From assembly GCA_046590425.1 (NCBI GenBank), contig JBKJTI010000316.1, positions 4,618 to 68,617 of the forward strand: DNA of 64,000 nucleotides, written 5' to 3'. How positions within the stretch are numbered: the first letter of the stretch is position 1; every line of letters begins with the position of its first letter. The notes beneath the pieces were generated by a model. That model ran no database searches and was not told the origin of the DNA. It saw only the letters and a program-made list of their open reading frames with translations. Positions 1 to 10,331 of the stretch are shown here, one piece after another. Position numbers and translations under genes: made by a program. This DNA comes from Cypionkella sp. Its GTDB lineage: Bacteria > Pseudomonadota > Alphaproteobacteria > Rhodobacterales > Rhodobacteraceae.

Positions 1-507
1 GTTCTTCGTCGCTGCAATCTGGGTAAAGGCGTGCATGATGCCGTAGACCGTGCCGAACAGCCCGATGAACGGCGCTGTCGCCCCCACCGTGGCCAAGAAC
101 GACAGACCCTTGTTCAACACCCCGGCCTCGCGCGCAATCGCCACGTCCATCGCACGGTCAATCCGCGCCTGCGCGCCCGCAATCAGCCCTCCATCCTGAC
201 GGTGACTCCGTCGCCACTCCAGCATCCCGGCGGCAAAAATCTTCTCAGACGGTCCCTGCGGATCAGCGCCGATCTTCTCGAACAGCCCGTCCAAAGGCTC
301 GCCCGACCAGAATTCGCGGTCAAACACCGTCGCCTCACCGCGCGATTTGCGGAACAGGATGTGCTTTTGAATGATGATCGACCATGACCAGAACGACATC
401 ACGATCAGACACACCATCACCAGCTTTACCGTGAGGGTAGCGCGGAAAAATAGGGCGAGCATAGAGAAATCAATCTCTTGCGCCATGCCAACGGCTTCAG
501 TGTTCAT
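1..507 (-). CDS. tolQ: Tol-Pal protein TolQ (runs off the window edge)
   Basis: Manual translation MNTEAVGMAQEIDFSMLALFFRATLTVK...LATVGATAPFIGLFGTVYGIMHAF has the MotA/TolQ/ExbB motif; lies downstream of ybgC. Confidence 0.93.
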   Translation of the reverse strand, partial: MNTEAVGMAQEIDFSMLALFFRATLTVKLVMVCLIVMSFWSWSIIIQKHILFRKSRGEATVFDREFWSGEPLDGLFEKIGADPQGPSEKIFAAGMLEWRRSHRQDGGLIAGAQARIDRAMDVAIAREAGVLNKGLSFLATVGATAPFIGLFGTVYGIMHAFTQIAATKN

Positions 508-661
508 TATGCCTGCTCTTGTTATCGGGGCTCTTTGGCCGCTTATTGCCCTAATTCTAACAAGAATTGAACCCGATTGCCAACACAATGGCGCGATCCA
601 AGCAACAAACCGCCCCGAAAGCCGGTTTTCGTGAACGGGCGCGGAAACGATGGGCGCAGAA

Positions 662-1060
662 TTAATGCCGCTGCGGCAACAGCTTGGCGCGAATATCCGC
701 TGGAATACGTGCAGGCAGACCCGCGTCGGTCAGACACACCAGTGTAACCAAAGCCACGAACAGCCGCTCGGCACCCCGCAGAACCTGCTGGCTCAATTCA
801 ATCCGGGCTCCCGTCACTGCCAGACATTCGGTTATCACCTGCAATGCGTCATCAAACCGCGCGGGCCGCAGATAATCCGCCTCCACCCGCCGCACCGCAA
901 ACACCACGCCCTGCGCCGCCTTCAACGCCACCTGATCCACGCCCAAACTCCGCACCCATTCCGACCGCCCGCGCTCGATGAACTTCAGATAATTGGCGTA
1001 ATAAACGATGCCCGCCAGATCGGTGTCTTCATAATACACCCGCAAATCAAACTGATGCAT
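662..1060 (-). CDS. ybgC: Tol-Pal-associated acyl-CoA thioesterase
   Basis: RVYYEDTDLAGIVYYANYLKFIERGR hot-dog fold motif; upstream of tolQ. Confidence 0.93.
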   Translation of the reverse strand: MHQFDLRVYYEDTDLAGIVYYANYLKFIERGRSEWVRSLGVDQVALKAAQGVVFAVRRVEADYLRPARFDDALQVITECLAVTGARIELSQQVLRGAERLFVALVTLVCLTDAGLPARIPADIRAKLLPQRH

Positions 1061-1727
1061 CTTGTCCCCCCAGCCGCGCAATCTCGGCGGCCTCACTCAG
1101 CATCGCCGCCTGCCCCTTCGGCGTCAAAGCGTAAATCCCGGTGGAGACCCGCTCGAACCAGCCATAATGATCCGCGCGCATCAACACGGCGGCCCGCGCT
1201 ACGCCCGTAGCCTTCGCCACCTCAGACGCCTTCATCTCCCCCGCAGCCAAGCTGGCCAAACACCGCAACGCATCCTGCCGATACGCCGTCACCCGCTTGA
1301 TCCCGGTGGTTCCACCCAAATTCGGATCGCCCACCCGCCGCTCAAATTCCCGCAACAGCCGCCCCGCCCGCAGAGTATTCTTGCGCGGGCTATACGGCCC
1401 CGGATCGAGATGCGCCTCCACATGCCCCGGCTTGACAGCCAATAGCCCCAGCCCCAACCGTCGGCACAATGCCACAATATCCTTATACCGCAGCTTCCAG
1501 CCCTTTTCCGTCACCGGAACCGCCAGATAGACATCGTCAAACAACGCCTGCCGCGCCACGCCTTGCATCACCAGGGCCAGCGAAAACGACAGCTTCATTT
1601 CCACCACAACCGCAGGCTCCTGGCCCCGCCGCGCCAGAATATCGCAAGCCCCAACCTCACCCTTCACCACATATCCTTGAGCCTCCAGATAGGCCTTCAA
1701 GTCTGGGTAAAGATCAGCCTCTTTCAC
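1047..1727 (-). CDS. DUF2161-family putative PD-(D/E)XK phosphodiesterase
   Basis: GTG start; KEADLYPDLKAYLEAQGYVVKGEV..CDI..VVVEMKLSF, TAYRQDAL and HYGWFERV motifs. Confidence 0.75.
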   Translation of the reverse strand: MKEADLYPDLKAYLEAQGYVVKGEVGACDILARRGQEPAVVVEMKLSFSLALVMQGVARQALFDDVYLAVPVTEKGWKLRYKDIVALCRRLGLGLLAVKPGHVEAHLDPGPYSPRKNTLRAGRLLREFERRVGDPNLGGTTGIKRVTAYRQDALRCLASLAAGEMKASEVAKATGVARAAVLMRADHYGWFERVSTGIYALTPKGQAAMLSEAAEIARLGGQDASV

Positions 1728-2335
1728 AGCCTGGCCGCCAGCCGGAACGCGTGCGACGTATCCCGCGCCACCACCGGCATATGCCGCGCATAGCCCGCCC
1801 GGATGATCCCCGCCACATCGGGCCGCAAGATCACCTGACCGCCGATCAGTGCCAGCGGCGACACTTCCGCAAAGGCCATGTCCGACCAGAGACAAATTAC
1901 CTGCGCCGCCTGCGCCAAAGCCAAATCCTCTGCCGCAATCGCTTGCAAATGATCATCCATCCGCAAGAACACAAACGCCGCCTTGATCGCACCATCCGGG
2001 TCAAAGCGGAAAAACCGATATTGATTGGCCCCCGCCTGCTCCAATCGCGCGCAGAGTGGCGCCAAATCCGGCACCAGCCGCTCAAGATTAGGAACCTGCG
2101 GCAACTCCGCCCAATCCCGAAAGAGAAACACCATCAGATTCGCGCCAAGTTCCGGGTCATGCTCGGCCATCTTATGCCCGGCGAGCGTCACAACCGCCTC
2201 AATCGCGCCCTTCATCACGCTTAAAGTCGTATCCTCGACCCCAAACACCACCGGCACAATCGGCCGGCCCCAACGCGCGAACAGATAGCTGCCATCGCTG
2301 CGGGTGAAAAACATCTGAACCTGTTCGGGTGTCAT
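1724..2335 (-). CDS. Conserved hypothetical protein
   Basis: GGAGG RBS before ATG; genome-like codon use; stop overlaps the next start (GTGA). Confidence 0.7.
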   Translation of the reverse strand: MTPEQVQMFFTRSDGSYLFARWGRPIVPVVFGVEDTTLSVMKGAIEAVVTLAGHKMAEHDPELGANLMVFLFRDWAELPQVPNLERLVPDLAPLCARLEQAGANQYRFFRFDPDGAIKAAFVFLRMDDHLQAIAAEDLALAQAAQVICLWSDMAFAEVSPLALIGGQVILRPDVAGIIRAGYARHMPVVARDTSHAFRLAARL

Positions 2336-2451
2336 AGCGGCCTCCATCTTACGCCCCCCGGATAGCGCGGCTCGGGCGCAGGCTCAATCCTGTGACGCTG
2401 ATCTGCCTGAACCCTGCGCCTCCGGCTAAGCGGAATTGTAAATTCCGCTCT

Positions 2452-2529
2452 GGATATTTGAGCACAGAGGATGACCGAAGAGCCTCAATCTGCCCATTTC
2501 GCATTGGCCTAAATATCCCCGCCGGAGGC
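2452..2529. repeat. AAATATCC-family intergenic repeat (inverted pair)
   Basis: 2452-2475 is the exact reverse complement of 40775-40798 (24 bp); 2511-2529 resembles the reverse complement of 57426-57445. Confidence 0.8.
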
Positions 2530-2562
2530 GCTGAGGCATCCATCAGCGCCCTGCGTCAAAGC

Positions 2563-2635
2563 TTAACAATTTATGAACAAGGCACCGATAACCCCTTGAT
2601 TTTTCATAACTCAAGCCCCTGTCCACGCGTGGACA
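2563..2635. repeat. CtrA-like box / IHF-like site / palindrome module, copy A
   Basis: TTAA-N7-TGAAC at 2563; TAACCCCTTGATT at 2589; perfect palindrome TGTCCACGCGTGGACA at 2620. Confidence 0.6.
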
Positions 2636-3661
2636 CTAGCCTTCAAACAAATCCGCCTGCCCCGGGGGCCGAGGCGCCTCCAGCCCCAAATGCCGCCAAG
2701 CCCGAGCTGCCAACATCCGCCCCCTCGGGGTCCGCTGCAACAATCCCTGCTGGAGAAGATAAGGCTCAATCACCTCCTCCACCGCATCCCGCGCCTCAGA
2801 AAGCGCCGCCGCAATCGTCTCGACCCCCACCGGCCCGCCCCCATAATGCTCGGCCAGCAACATCAGATAGCGCCGGTCCGCGCCATCCAGCCCGATCTCA
2901 TCCACCCCGAGCCGGGTCAGGGCCCGATCCGCAATCGCCCTCGTCAGCCGCCCATCGCCTTCAACGGTCACGAAATCCACAACCCGCCGCAGCAACCGCC
3001 CCGCGATCCGAGGCGTGCCCCGCGCCCGTTTGGCAATTTCCCGCGTCCCTTCCGGGTCCGACTGTATCCCCAGCAACCGCGCGCCACGGGTGACGATCAG
3101 ATCCAGCTCATCCTCGGTATAAAACTGCAACCGCGTCGGGATGCCGAACCGATCCCGCAGCGGCGTGGTCAGCAACCCCAACCGAGTCGTCGCCCCCACC
3201 AGCGTGAACGGCTGCAACTCAATCCGCACGGTGCGCGCCGCAGGGCCTTCCCCGATCACCAGATCCAGCGCGAAATCCTCCATTGCCGGATACAACACTT
3301 CTTCGACCACCGGGGAAAGCCGATGAATCTCGTCGATAAACAGCACATCGCGCGGTTCCAGATTGGTCAGGATCGCCGCGAGATCGCCGGGTTTCGCCAG
3401 CACCGGGCCAGAAGTCATCCGAAACCCCACCCCCAACTCGCGCGCCATGATCTGCGCCAGCGTGGTTTTGCCCAGGCCCGGAGGGCCGTGGAACAAGGTG
3501 TGATCCATCGACTCGCCACGGATTTTGGCGGATTCGATGAACACCCGCAGGTTGGCGCGGACCTCTTGCTGGCCAACGAAATCTTCCAGCACCTGCGGGC
3601 GCAGGGCGCGGTCAAGGTCTTCCGGCAATGCTTCGGGGCGCAGATCAGGGTCAGGTTGCAT
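2636..3661 (-). CDS. ruvB: Holliday junction branch migration helicase RuvB
   Basis: [30 protein letters not shown] motifs. Confidence 0.98.
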   Translation of the reverse strand: MQPDPDLRPEALPEDLDRALRPQVLEDFVGQQEVRANLRVFIESAKIRGESMDHTLFHGPPGLGKTTLAQIMARELGVGFRMTSGPVLAKPGDLAAILTNLEPRDVLFIDEIHRLSPVVEEVLYPAMEDFALDLVIGEGPAARTVRIELQPFTLVGATTRLGLLTTPLRDRFGIPTRLQFYTEDELDLIVTRGARLLGIQSDPEGTREIAKRARGTPRIAGRLLRRVVDFVTVEGDGRLTRAIADRALTRLGVDEIGLDGADRRYLMLLAEHYGGGPVGVETIAAALSEARDAVEEVIEPYLLQQGLLQRTPRGRMLAARAWRHLGLEAPRPPGQADLFEG

Positions 3662-4341
3662 CAGCGCGCCTTCGGAGCCAGCAGCTTCAACGCCGCCCGG
3701 ATCAGGCTCGCGGTGTCAGCCTCAGGCTGGTCAACCGCCACTGTCGAGATCGCCTGTGCGGCCTCGCCATGAGCATAGCCCAAATTCACTAGCGCCGACA
3801 ACGCATCCGCGGTGAACCCCGCACGATTTTGCGCAGCCGAAGGCGCGGCAAGCTTGCGCGGTGCCATCGGCGTCACAGGTTCCAGCACGCTCTCATCCGC
3901 CTCAGCCGCCACCGCGAGATTTGCCCCCATCGCCATGACCTGCGGCGCTTTCGATTTCAGCTCCAGAATAACCCGCTGCGCCAGCTTCGGGCCGACCCCC
4001 GGCGCTGCCTGAATCGCCCGCTGATCGCCCAAAGTCAGAGCCCGCGCCACGCCATCGGCTCCCAAGGTGCCCATGATTGCCATCGCGGCCTTAGCCCCCA
4101 CTCCTTGTACGGTGGTCAGCAACTTGTGCCATTCCTTATCCAGAAGCGATGCGAATCCAAACAGTTGCAGCAAATCCTCGCGCACCAGCAGGTCGGTATA
4201 TAACGACACCGCTTCGCCGACTGAGGGCATCGCGGCCAAGGTGCGGTCATTGACATAGACGATATAGCCAACGCCACGCACGTCGATCAGCACCTGATCG
4301 CTGCCGCGCCAATCCAGCCGCCCCGAGAGTTTGCCGATCAT
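3661..4341 (-). CDS. ruvA: Holliday junction branch migration protein RuvA
   Basis: MIGKLSG, DVRGVGY, two HhH motifs (GVGAK, GVGPK), ALVNLGY. Confidence 0.97.
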   Translation of the reverse strand: MIGKLSGRLDWRGSDQVLIDVRGVGYIVYVNDRTLAAMPSVGEAVSLYTDLLVREDLLQLFGFASLLDKEWHKLLTTVQGVGAKAAMAIMGTLGADGVARALTLGDQRAIQAAPGVGPKLAQRVILELKSKAPQVMAMGANLAVAAEADESVLEPVTPMAPRKLAAPSAAQNRAGFTADALSALVNLGYAHGEAAQAISTVAVDQPEADTASLIRAALKLLAPKAR

Positions 4342-4856
4342 CCAACCGCCCTTTTCATTGCCGCCTGCAAACGGCCCGCCGATTGCAGATGATGCGCGTG
4401 GCAGATCGCGATGGCCAGCGCGTCCGCCGCATCGGGCCCTGAGATTTTTACGCCGGGCAGTTGCACCCGCACCATGTGTTCAACCTGACCCTTGTCTGCA
4501 TGCCCGACGCCGACCACGGTTTTCTTCACTGCATTCGGCGCATATTCCCCCACGCTCAAGCCAAACTGCGCGGGCACCAGCAAGGCAATCCCGCGCGCTT
4601 GGCCCAGTTTCAGCGTCGCCACGGCATCCTTGTTGACGAACGTATGTTCGACCGCCGCCGCATCGGGGGCATATTGGCGCAAAACCTCGGTCAGTTGGGT
4701 GTGCAGCGACACCAGTCGCAGCGCCAGATCACCGATCTCGTCACCGGGGGCCGAGTGGCAGATGCCATTGGCGACATGGGAAAGCTTCGAGCCCACCACA
4801 TCAATCACCCCCCAGCCGAGGTTGCGCAAACCGGGGTCGATTCCCAAAACCCGCAT
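4338..4856 (-). CDS. ruvC: Crossover junction endodeoxyribonuclease RuvC
   Basis: [24 protein letters not shown] motifs. Confidence 0.97.
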   Translation of the reverse strand: MRVLGIDPGLRNLGWGVIDVVGSKLSHVANGICHSAPGDEIGDLALRLVSLHTQLTEVLRQYAPDAAAVEHTFVNKDAVATLKLGQARGIALLVPAQFGLSVGEYAPNAVKKTVVGVGHADKGQVEHMVRVQLPGVKISGPDAADALAIAICHAHHLQSAGRLQAAMKRAVG

Positions 4857-4875
4857 CCCCGCCCCTTTTTCTTCT

Positions 4876-4925
4876 GTTCTTGCGCAGATTTTCTGCTTTC
4901 GTCGGAATTAGCACGAAAAGAGAAC
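4876..4925. promoter_or_regulatory. Two putative alphaproteobacterial LexA (SOS) boxes upstream of ruvC
   Basis: GTTC-N7-GATT at 4876-4890 and GCAC-N7-GAAC at 4911-4925; consensus GTTC-N7-GTTC / GAAC-N7-GAAC. Confidence 0.55.
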
Positions 4926-5197
4926 ATCCGCCAAGGGGCAAATAAATCTTGCTGCCGCTACAACCCATGATTATGCAGTCGCAGCAAAACGACATCCCGC
5001 GCACGAAAAACGACTAAATCCATCGCTTTTTGCAAAACGCCTATAAATTAACGAAATATTTGTGGAGGATGGCTATGCAATGGGCGCAATGCAGACATGC
5101 TAGCGCCCCCATTGCTTCGCATATGCAGCATAGCTAGATAGGCCTCACCGGAAGCAAGGTGCAGGCCGGAGATATAAGTTTGTAAAGGATAACCGCT

Positions 5198-5401
5198 ATG
5201 GCCGCCTATGAGTCGTCCCGTGCGGCGCCGTTTGGTGCCATCTCGATTTTCCGTTCTGTTCAGTTCGTCTCGACGTTCGCGAACAGCTTCGCTGCTTGGA
5301 ATGATGCACGCATCACGCGTCGCGCTCTGGGCAAACTGTCTGACCGTGAGCTTGATGATATCGGTCTGTGCCGTGGTGATGTGGAATTGATTGGTCGCTA
5401 A
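5198..5401 (+). CDS. DUF1127 small protein
   Basis: TRRALGKLSDRELDDIGLCRGD motif; AAGGA RBS. Confidence 0.9.
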   Translation: MAAYESSRAAPFGAISIFRSVQFVSTFANSFAAWNDARITRRALGKLSDRELDDIGLCRGDVELIGR

Positions 5402-5426
5402 TCGCGCCTGATCTTATCGGATGTAA

Positions 5427-5459
5427 AAAGGGTCGGTGCCTGCTGGGCATCGGCCCTTT
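5427..5459. terminator. Intrinsic terminator, possibly bidirectional
   Basis: AAAGGGTCGGTGCC...GGCATCGGCCCTTT hairpin between convergent genes. Confidence 0.7.
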
Positions 5460-5548
5460 GCGTTTGTGGCATCGTTCAAATGAAAACGCAGGCAAGGCCG
5501 CCGTGGCCCGCCTGCTTTGGTGCTAAAAATGCCTCGCTAAAATGCGGG

Positions 5549-5899
5549 CTATTTGAATACCTTCAAGCCTTCGCTGATCTTGCCGGCAACAAACACCGTC
5601 GCCGGTTCTGCCTGCATCAGCCAACCGCCAAGCCGATCAAAGCCCTCGCCCACCATCAACGCCTGCACGCGCTGATCATAGGCTTTCCCGCCAACCGACT
5701 GATAAATCATGCTCTTCAGGCCAATGCCTGCGCAAAGCACCATGATCATCGGCATCAGCCAAGACCGGCGTTTACGGGCAGGAGGGTTGAAGTAGGAACG
5801 CCCGAGGGTTCCGGCGGCATCAAAGCCATAACCTTTGGCGCGCTTTTTCTCAAAGCGCGCGACATTATTGTAAAAATCTACAAGGTTCGGGTCGGCCAT
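5549..5899 (-). CDS. Hypothetical single-pass membrane protein
   Basis: 116-aa ORF with a basic patch followed by one hydrophobic helix. Confidence 0.7.
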   Translation of the reverse strand: MADPNLVDFYNNVARFEKKRAKGYGFDAAGTLGRSYFNPPARKRRSWLMPMIMVLCAGIGLKSMIYQSVGGKAYDQRVQALMVGEGFDRLGGWLMQAEPATVFVAGKISEGLKVFK

Positions 5900-5997
5900 C
5901 CGAATAACTCCGTATTCACTGGCCCCCGCCTATGTATCCATTAGCCGCAAACTATGGCAAAATTTGGGCAATACGAAATAGTTGCCGTCATTTCGCC

Positions 5998-6014
5998 GTT
6001 AATCTTGTGCTAAC
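5998..6014. promoter_or_regulatory. CtrA-like box upstream of the 116-aa gene
   Basis: GTTAA-TCTTGTG-CTAAC, one mismatch to TTAA-N7-TTAAC. Confidence 0.5.
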
Positions 6015-6018
6015 TGTC

Positions 6019-6891
6019 TTAGTTCCGCCGCATCACCAGACAAGACCACTCGCCCAGATCTTCACGGGCTTCCGGCGTGAAGCCATTGCCGACATAGGCG
6101 GCGGTAATGGCCTCGGCCTGCACCACCAGCAGCCCTGACAGGATGATCAGGCCATTTTGCGCCAGATGCTTGGCCATATCCGGGGCAAGTTCCACCAGTG
6201 GGCCTTTCAGGATATTGGCGAAGACCAGATGATAGGGCGCGGCTTCGGCCAGACGCGGATGCGCGAAGCCTGCCGCTTCCATCGTCTCGATCCGGCCCTG
6301 CATGTTGTTGATTGCGACATTGGCTTCGGCGACATCCACCGCGACCTCATCAATATCGGACGCGATCACCAGCGCATCGGGCAGCACGGCGGCAGCGGCA
6401 AGCGCGAGAACAGCGGTACCGCAGCCGATGTCGGCGACCTTCGCGGGTCGGAAGCCTTCACCGTACAGCCGATCAAAGGCGCGCAGGCAGCCCAGCGTGG
6501 TGCCATGATGGCCGGTGCCGAAGGCCACCGTGGCCTCGATTTGCAGCGCGATCTTGTCCGCGGGCACCTTGTCGGCATCATGACTGCCATAGACAAAGAA
6601 ACGCCCCGCCTCAACCGGCGAGAGTTCGCGGCGCACCTTGGCGACCCAGTCGATCTCGGGCAGTTCCGACAGAGCAAAGGGTTTGGCATCGAACGCCATC
6701 GCCAACAGCTCGAGCACGGCCTCTGACGGGGCCTCAAGGAAATATGCGCCGACCTCCCACAGGCCTGAATCGTCCTCGATCTCGAACACGCCAACCCCGG
6801 TGGGTTCTGGCTTCATCTTTTCGATGGCTTCGGCCAAAGCATTGGCGGCGTCTTCGCCCATCAGGGTGGTCAAAGCGGTATAGGTGGGCAT
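6019..6891 (-). CDS. prmA: Ribosomal protein L11 methyltransferase
   Basis: AFGTGHHGTT, DIGCGTAVL, ANIL, ILSGLL motifs. Confidence 0.95.
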   Translation of the reverse strand: MPTYTALTTLMGEDAANALAEAIEKMKPEPTGVGVFEIEDDSGLWEVGAYFLEAPSEAVLELLAMAFDAKPFALSELPEIDWVAKVRRELSPVEAGRFFVYGSHDADKVPADKIALQIEATVAFGTGHHGTTLGCLRAFDRLYGEGFRPAKVADIGCGTAVLALAAAAVLPDALVIASDIDEVAVDVAEANVAINNMQGRIETMEAAGFAHPRLAEAAPYHLVFANILKGPLVELAPDMAKHLAQNGLIILSGLLVVQAEAITAAYVGNGFTPEAREDLGEWSCLVMRRN

Positions 6892-7058
6892 GGGTTCGTC
6901 CGTATTGGGGCAAGGCGTGTCAGGCAGATGCGGTCAGCCCTAAGCGATGGCACAGCGGCAAGCAAGGTGTTTGGCGGCAGGCTTGACATGTGGTCAAGCA
7001 TATTGACCGATGCAAGCCGTTGCCCGCAGACTGTCGCGATCAGATTTGCGGGGGCGAA

Positions 7059-7358
7059 ATGAGCGAGAAGATCGAAGTGCAGAACGTCGGGCAGCCAGGC
7101 AAGACTTATCGCGTCGATGCCGCCAAATACGCCGAGATGCGCCAAGCCATGCTGGCGGTGCTGCCCGATCAGCCACCGGGGATGACACTGGCCGATGTGA
7201 TTGAGCGTGTTGCAGCGCATCTGTCCGAGGCGCAGTTTCCCGGCGGAGCCACCGCGGGATGGTGGATGAAATGCGTGCAGCTTGACCTGGAGGCGAAGGC
7301 CATCATCACCCGCACCCCCAAGCCGGTGCGGCTGTGGCGCTGCAAAGCGTCGGGTTAA
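7059..7358 (+). CDS. Small conserved protein (DUF6958-like)
   Basis: VDAAKY...GWWMKCVQLDLEAK pattern. Confidence 0.65.
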   Translation: MSEKIEVQNVGQPGKTYRVDAAKYAEMRQAMLAVLPDQPPGMTLADVIERVAAHLSEAQFPGGATAGWWMKCVQLDLEAKAIITRTPKPVRLWRCKASG

Positions 7359-7368
7359 GCGGACCGCG

Positions 7369-9561
7369 TCAGTAAAAGCTCTGCGGGTCAATGTCGATGG
7401 AAAGCCGCAGGTTGTTCGGCAGTTTGAACTGCGCCACCCATTCGGCAATCGCAGCCTGCAACGGTGCGGTTTTCTCGGCCTTGATCAGCAACCGCACCCG
7501 ATGCCGCCCCCGCACCCGCGCCACCGGGGCAGGTGCTGGCCCATAGACCTGCGCACCGATTTTGCGCAACGGCCCATCGCGGCGGGCGAGTTCTGCGCCG
7601 AACTCAAACACTTGTGCGACATCGGGGGACGACAGGATGATGCCCGCCATCCGCCCATAAGGCGGCACGCCTGCCATTCGCCGCTCGGTGGCTTCGGCGC
7701 GCCAAAACGCTTCTTCATCGCCACCCAGAATCGCGCGGATCACCGGATGCTCGGGCTGAAACGTCTGCAACAGCGCTGTGCCGGGTTTATCTGCCCGCCC
7801 CGCACGGCCTGCCACCTGCCGCATCAGCTGAAACGTCCGCTCTGCCGCGCGCAAATCGCTGCCTTGCAAGCCCAGATCGGCATCAATCACCCCCACCAAA
7901 GTCAGCAGCGGAAAATTATGCCCCTTCGCCACAATCTGCGTGCCGATGATGATATCCGCAGCCCCCTCGGCAATCGCCACGATCTGCTCTTTCAGCGCGC
8001 GGGCCGAGCCGAACAGATCCGACGACAACACCGCCACACGGGCATCGGGGAACAACGCCACCACTTCCTCGGCCAGCCGCTCCACACCCGGACCAACCGG
8101 AGCCATCTTGCCCTCCACCTTGCAGGCTGGACATTCGGTCGGAATTGGTTTGATTGCGCCGCATTGATGGCACTGCAAACGGTTCAGAAACCGATGCTCG
8201 ACCATTCGCGCATCGCAATCGTCGCAGCCAACCTGATGGCCACAGGCGCGGCACAGGGTAATCGGCGCAAAGCCGCGACGGTTCAGGAACAGCAGCGACT
8301 GTTCTTTCCGTTCGATCCGCACCTTCACTTCCGCCGCGAGCTTCGGCGAAATCCACGCATTTGAGGCCAGCTTTTGGGCACGCATATCAATCGCTTGCAT
8401 ATCCGGCAGTTCCGCCGCGCCAAACCGCGCGCCTAGGTTCACACGGCCGTACTTCCCCGCCTCAACATTCGCCCAAGTCTCCAGACACGGCGTGGCAGAT
8501 GCCAATACAATCGGCGCCCCCACAATCGCCGCCCGCAACACCGCCATATCGCGGGCGTTATAGAACACGCCTTCTTCCTGTTTATACGAGGTGTCGTGTT
8601 CTTCATCGACCACGATCAGCCCCAGATCGCGGAACGGCAGGAACAACGCCGAACGCGCGCCCACCACAAAGCTGGCTTCGCCCTGCGCCACCATCCGCCA
8701 CAAACGCCGTCGCTCGGTCATCGTGACGCCAGAATGCCACTCCGCAGGCCGCGCCCCAAACCGCGCCTGCACCCGCGTCAGGAAATCCGCCGTCAGCGAA
8801 ATCTCGGGCAACAGCACCAACGCCTGCCGACCCTTGCGCAGACATTCCGCCACAGCCTCCAGATACACTTCCGTTTTCCCAGACCCCGTGACGCCCTTAA
8901 GCAAAGTCCCCGAATAGCCCCCCTGCGCGACCAAGGCGACCAGAGCATCCCCGGCCGCAACCTGATCCCCCGCCAGCCGCGTGTTCGTCACCGGATTGAG
9001 CGGCGGATAAGGCAGATCGCGCGGCGCGTCTTGCTCCAGCACCACGCCCAGCTTCACCAGCCCTTTGACAACCGAAGGCCCGCAAGCGGCCTCCTCGGCC
9101 AGTTCCCCCAGAGTCACCGGAGCACTTCCAAACCGCCGCAACGCCTCGACCACCCGAAACCGCGCCTCTGTCATCTGGTTCGGGATCGCTGGCCCCAAAA
9201 CATAGGTTTTCCGCATCGAGGGCGGATCGCCCAACCCCGGCGCGCGGGTCGCCAGCCGCAGCATCGCGGCCATCGGCGTCAGCGTATATTCCGCCGCCCG
9301 CGTCAGAAAGCTGCGCAACTCGGCCCGCATGGGTGCGGCATCCAGCGCGCGGTAGATGCTGCGAATACGCGCCGGATCAAACTTGCCCTCACCCGGCCCC
9401 CAGACCACACCGATAACCTTGCGCGGGCCAAGTGGCACCTCGACGAAATCGCCATCTCCACAACCGCCCTCGGGTGCTTTATAATCAAGCAGACGGCCCA
9501 AGGGCTCGGTGGTCAGCACGCCGACCAAATCCCCCGCCTGATAGAACCGCTCGACCACCAT
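7369..9561 (-). CDS. priA: Primosomal protein N' (replication restart helicase)
   Basis: GVTGSGKTEVY, DEEHD, four CxxC pairs, QVAGRAGR, DIDPQ. Confidence 0.97.
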   Translation of the reverse strand: MVVERFYQAGDLVGVLTTEPLGRLLDYKAPEGGCGDGDFVEVPLGPRKVIGVVWGPGEGKFDPARIRSIYRALDAAPMRAELRSFLTRAAEYTLTPMAAMLRLATRAPGLGDPPSMRKTYVLGPAIPNQMTEARFRVVEALRRFGSAPVTLGELAEEAACGPSVVKGLVKLGVVLEQDAPRDLPYPPLNPVTNTRLAGDQVAAGDALVALVAQGGYSGTLLKGVTGSGKTEVYLEAVAECLRKGRQALVLLPEISLTADFLTRVQARFGARPAEWHSGVTMTERRRLWRMVAQGEASFVVGARSALFLPFRDLGLIVVDEEHDTSYKQEEGVFYNARDMAVLRAAIVGAPIVLASATPCLETWANVEAGKYGRVNLGARFGAAELPDMQAIDMRAQKLASNAWISPKLAAEVKVRIERKEQSLLFLNRRGFAPITLCRACGHQVGCDDCDARMVEHRFLNRLQCHQCGAIKPIPTECPACKVEGKMAPVGPGVERLAEEVVALFPDARVAVLSSDLFGSARALKEQIVAIAEGAADIIIGTQIVAKGHNFPLLTLVGVIDADLGLQGSDLRAAERTFQLMRQVAGRAGRADKPGTALLQTFQPEHPVIRAILGGDEEAFWRAEATERRMAGVPPYGRMAGIILSSPDVAQVFEFGAELARRDGPLRKIGAQVYGPAPAPVARVRGRHRVRLLIKAEKTAPLQAAIAEWVAQFKLPNNLRLSIDIDPQSFY

Positions 9562-9634
9562 CCACCCTTTTCTTTTCGCTCATTTGGGGTAAACCCCCGC
9601 CCAAGCAGTCGCAACCCACCCTGAGGATACGCCG

Positions 9635-10288
9635 ATGAAATTCTTCGTAGATACCGCCGATGTCGCCGCCATCAAGGAGTTGAACGATCTGGGTATGGTG
9701 GATGGTGTCACCACCAACCCCTCGATCATCTTGAAATCCGGCCGCGATATTCTGGAAGTCACCCGTGAGATATGTTCCATCGTCTCTGGCCCGGTCTCCG
9801 CCGAAGTGGTGGCGCTGGATGCCGAGACCATGATCTCTGAAGGCCGCAAACTGGCCGAAATCGCGCCGAACATCACCGTCAAAGTGCCATTGACCTGGGA
9901 CGGTTTGAAAGCCTGTAAGGTACTGTCCGGCGAAGGTAAAATGGTCAACGTCACCCTGTGTTTCAGCGTCAACCAGGCCCTGATCGCCGCCAAAGCCGGG
10001 GCGACCTTCATCTCGCCTTTCATTGGCCGTCTGGATGATATCAACCTTGATGGCGTCGAGCTGATCTCGGACATCCGCCAAGTCTATGACAACTACGGCT
10101 TTGAGACCCAAATCCTCGCCGCCTCGATCCGCACGGTGAACCATGTCACCCAATGCGCGCTGGTCGGCGCCGACGTAATCACGGCCCCGCCCGCTGTGAT
10201 CAAAGCTCTGGCCAACCACCCGCTGACCGATGCGGGCCTTGCGCAGTTTTCAAAAGACTGGGCGAAAACCGGGCAGAAGATTCTGTAA
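9635..10288 (+). CDS. fsa: Transaldolase / fructose-6-phosphate aldolase family
   Basis: [34 protein letters not shown]. Confidence 0.93.
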   Translation: MKFFVDTADVAAIKELNDLGMVDGVTTNPSIILKSGRDILEVTREICSIVSGPVSAEVVALDAETMISEGRKLAEIAPNITVKVPLTWDGLKACKVLSGEGKMVNVTLCFSVNQALIAAKAGATFISPFIGRLDDINLDGVELISDIRQVYDNYGFETQILAASIRTVNHVTQCALVGADVITAPPAVIKALANHPLTDAGLAQFSKDWAKTGQKIL

Positions 10289-10331
10289 CGCTATCAGGGA
10301 TTGGGCCGTCATTGCTGGCGGCCCAGCTTAC

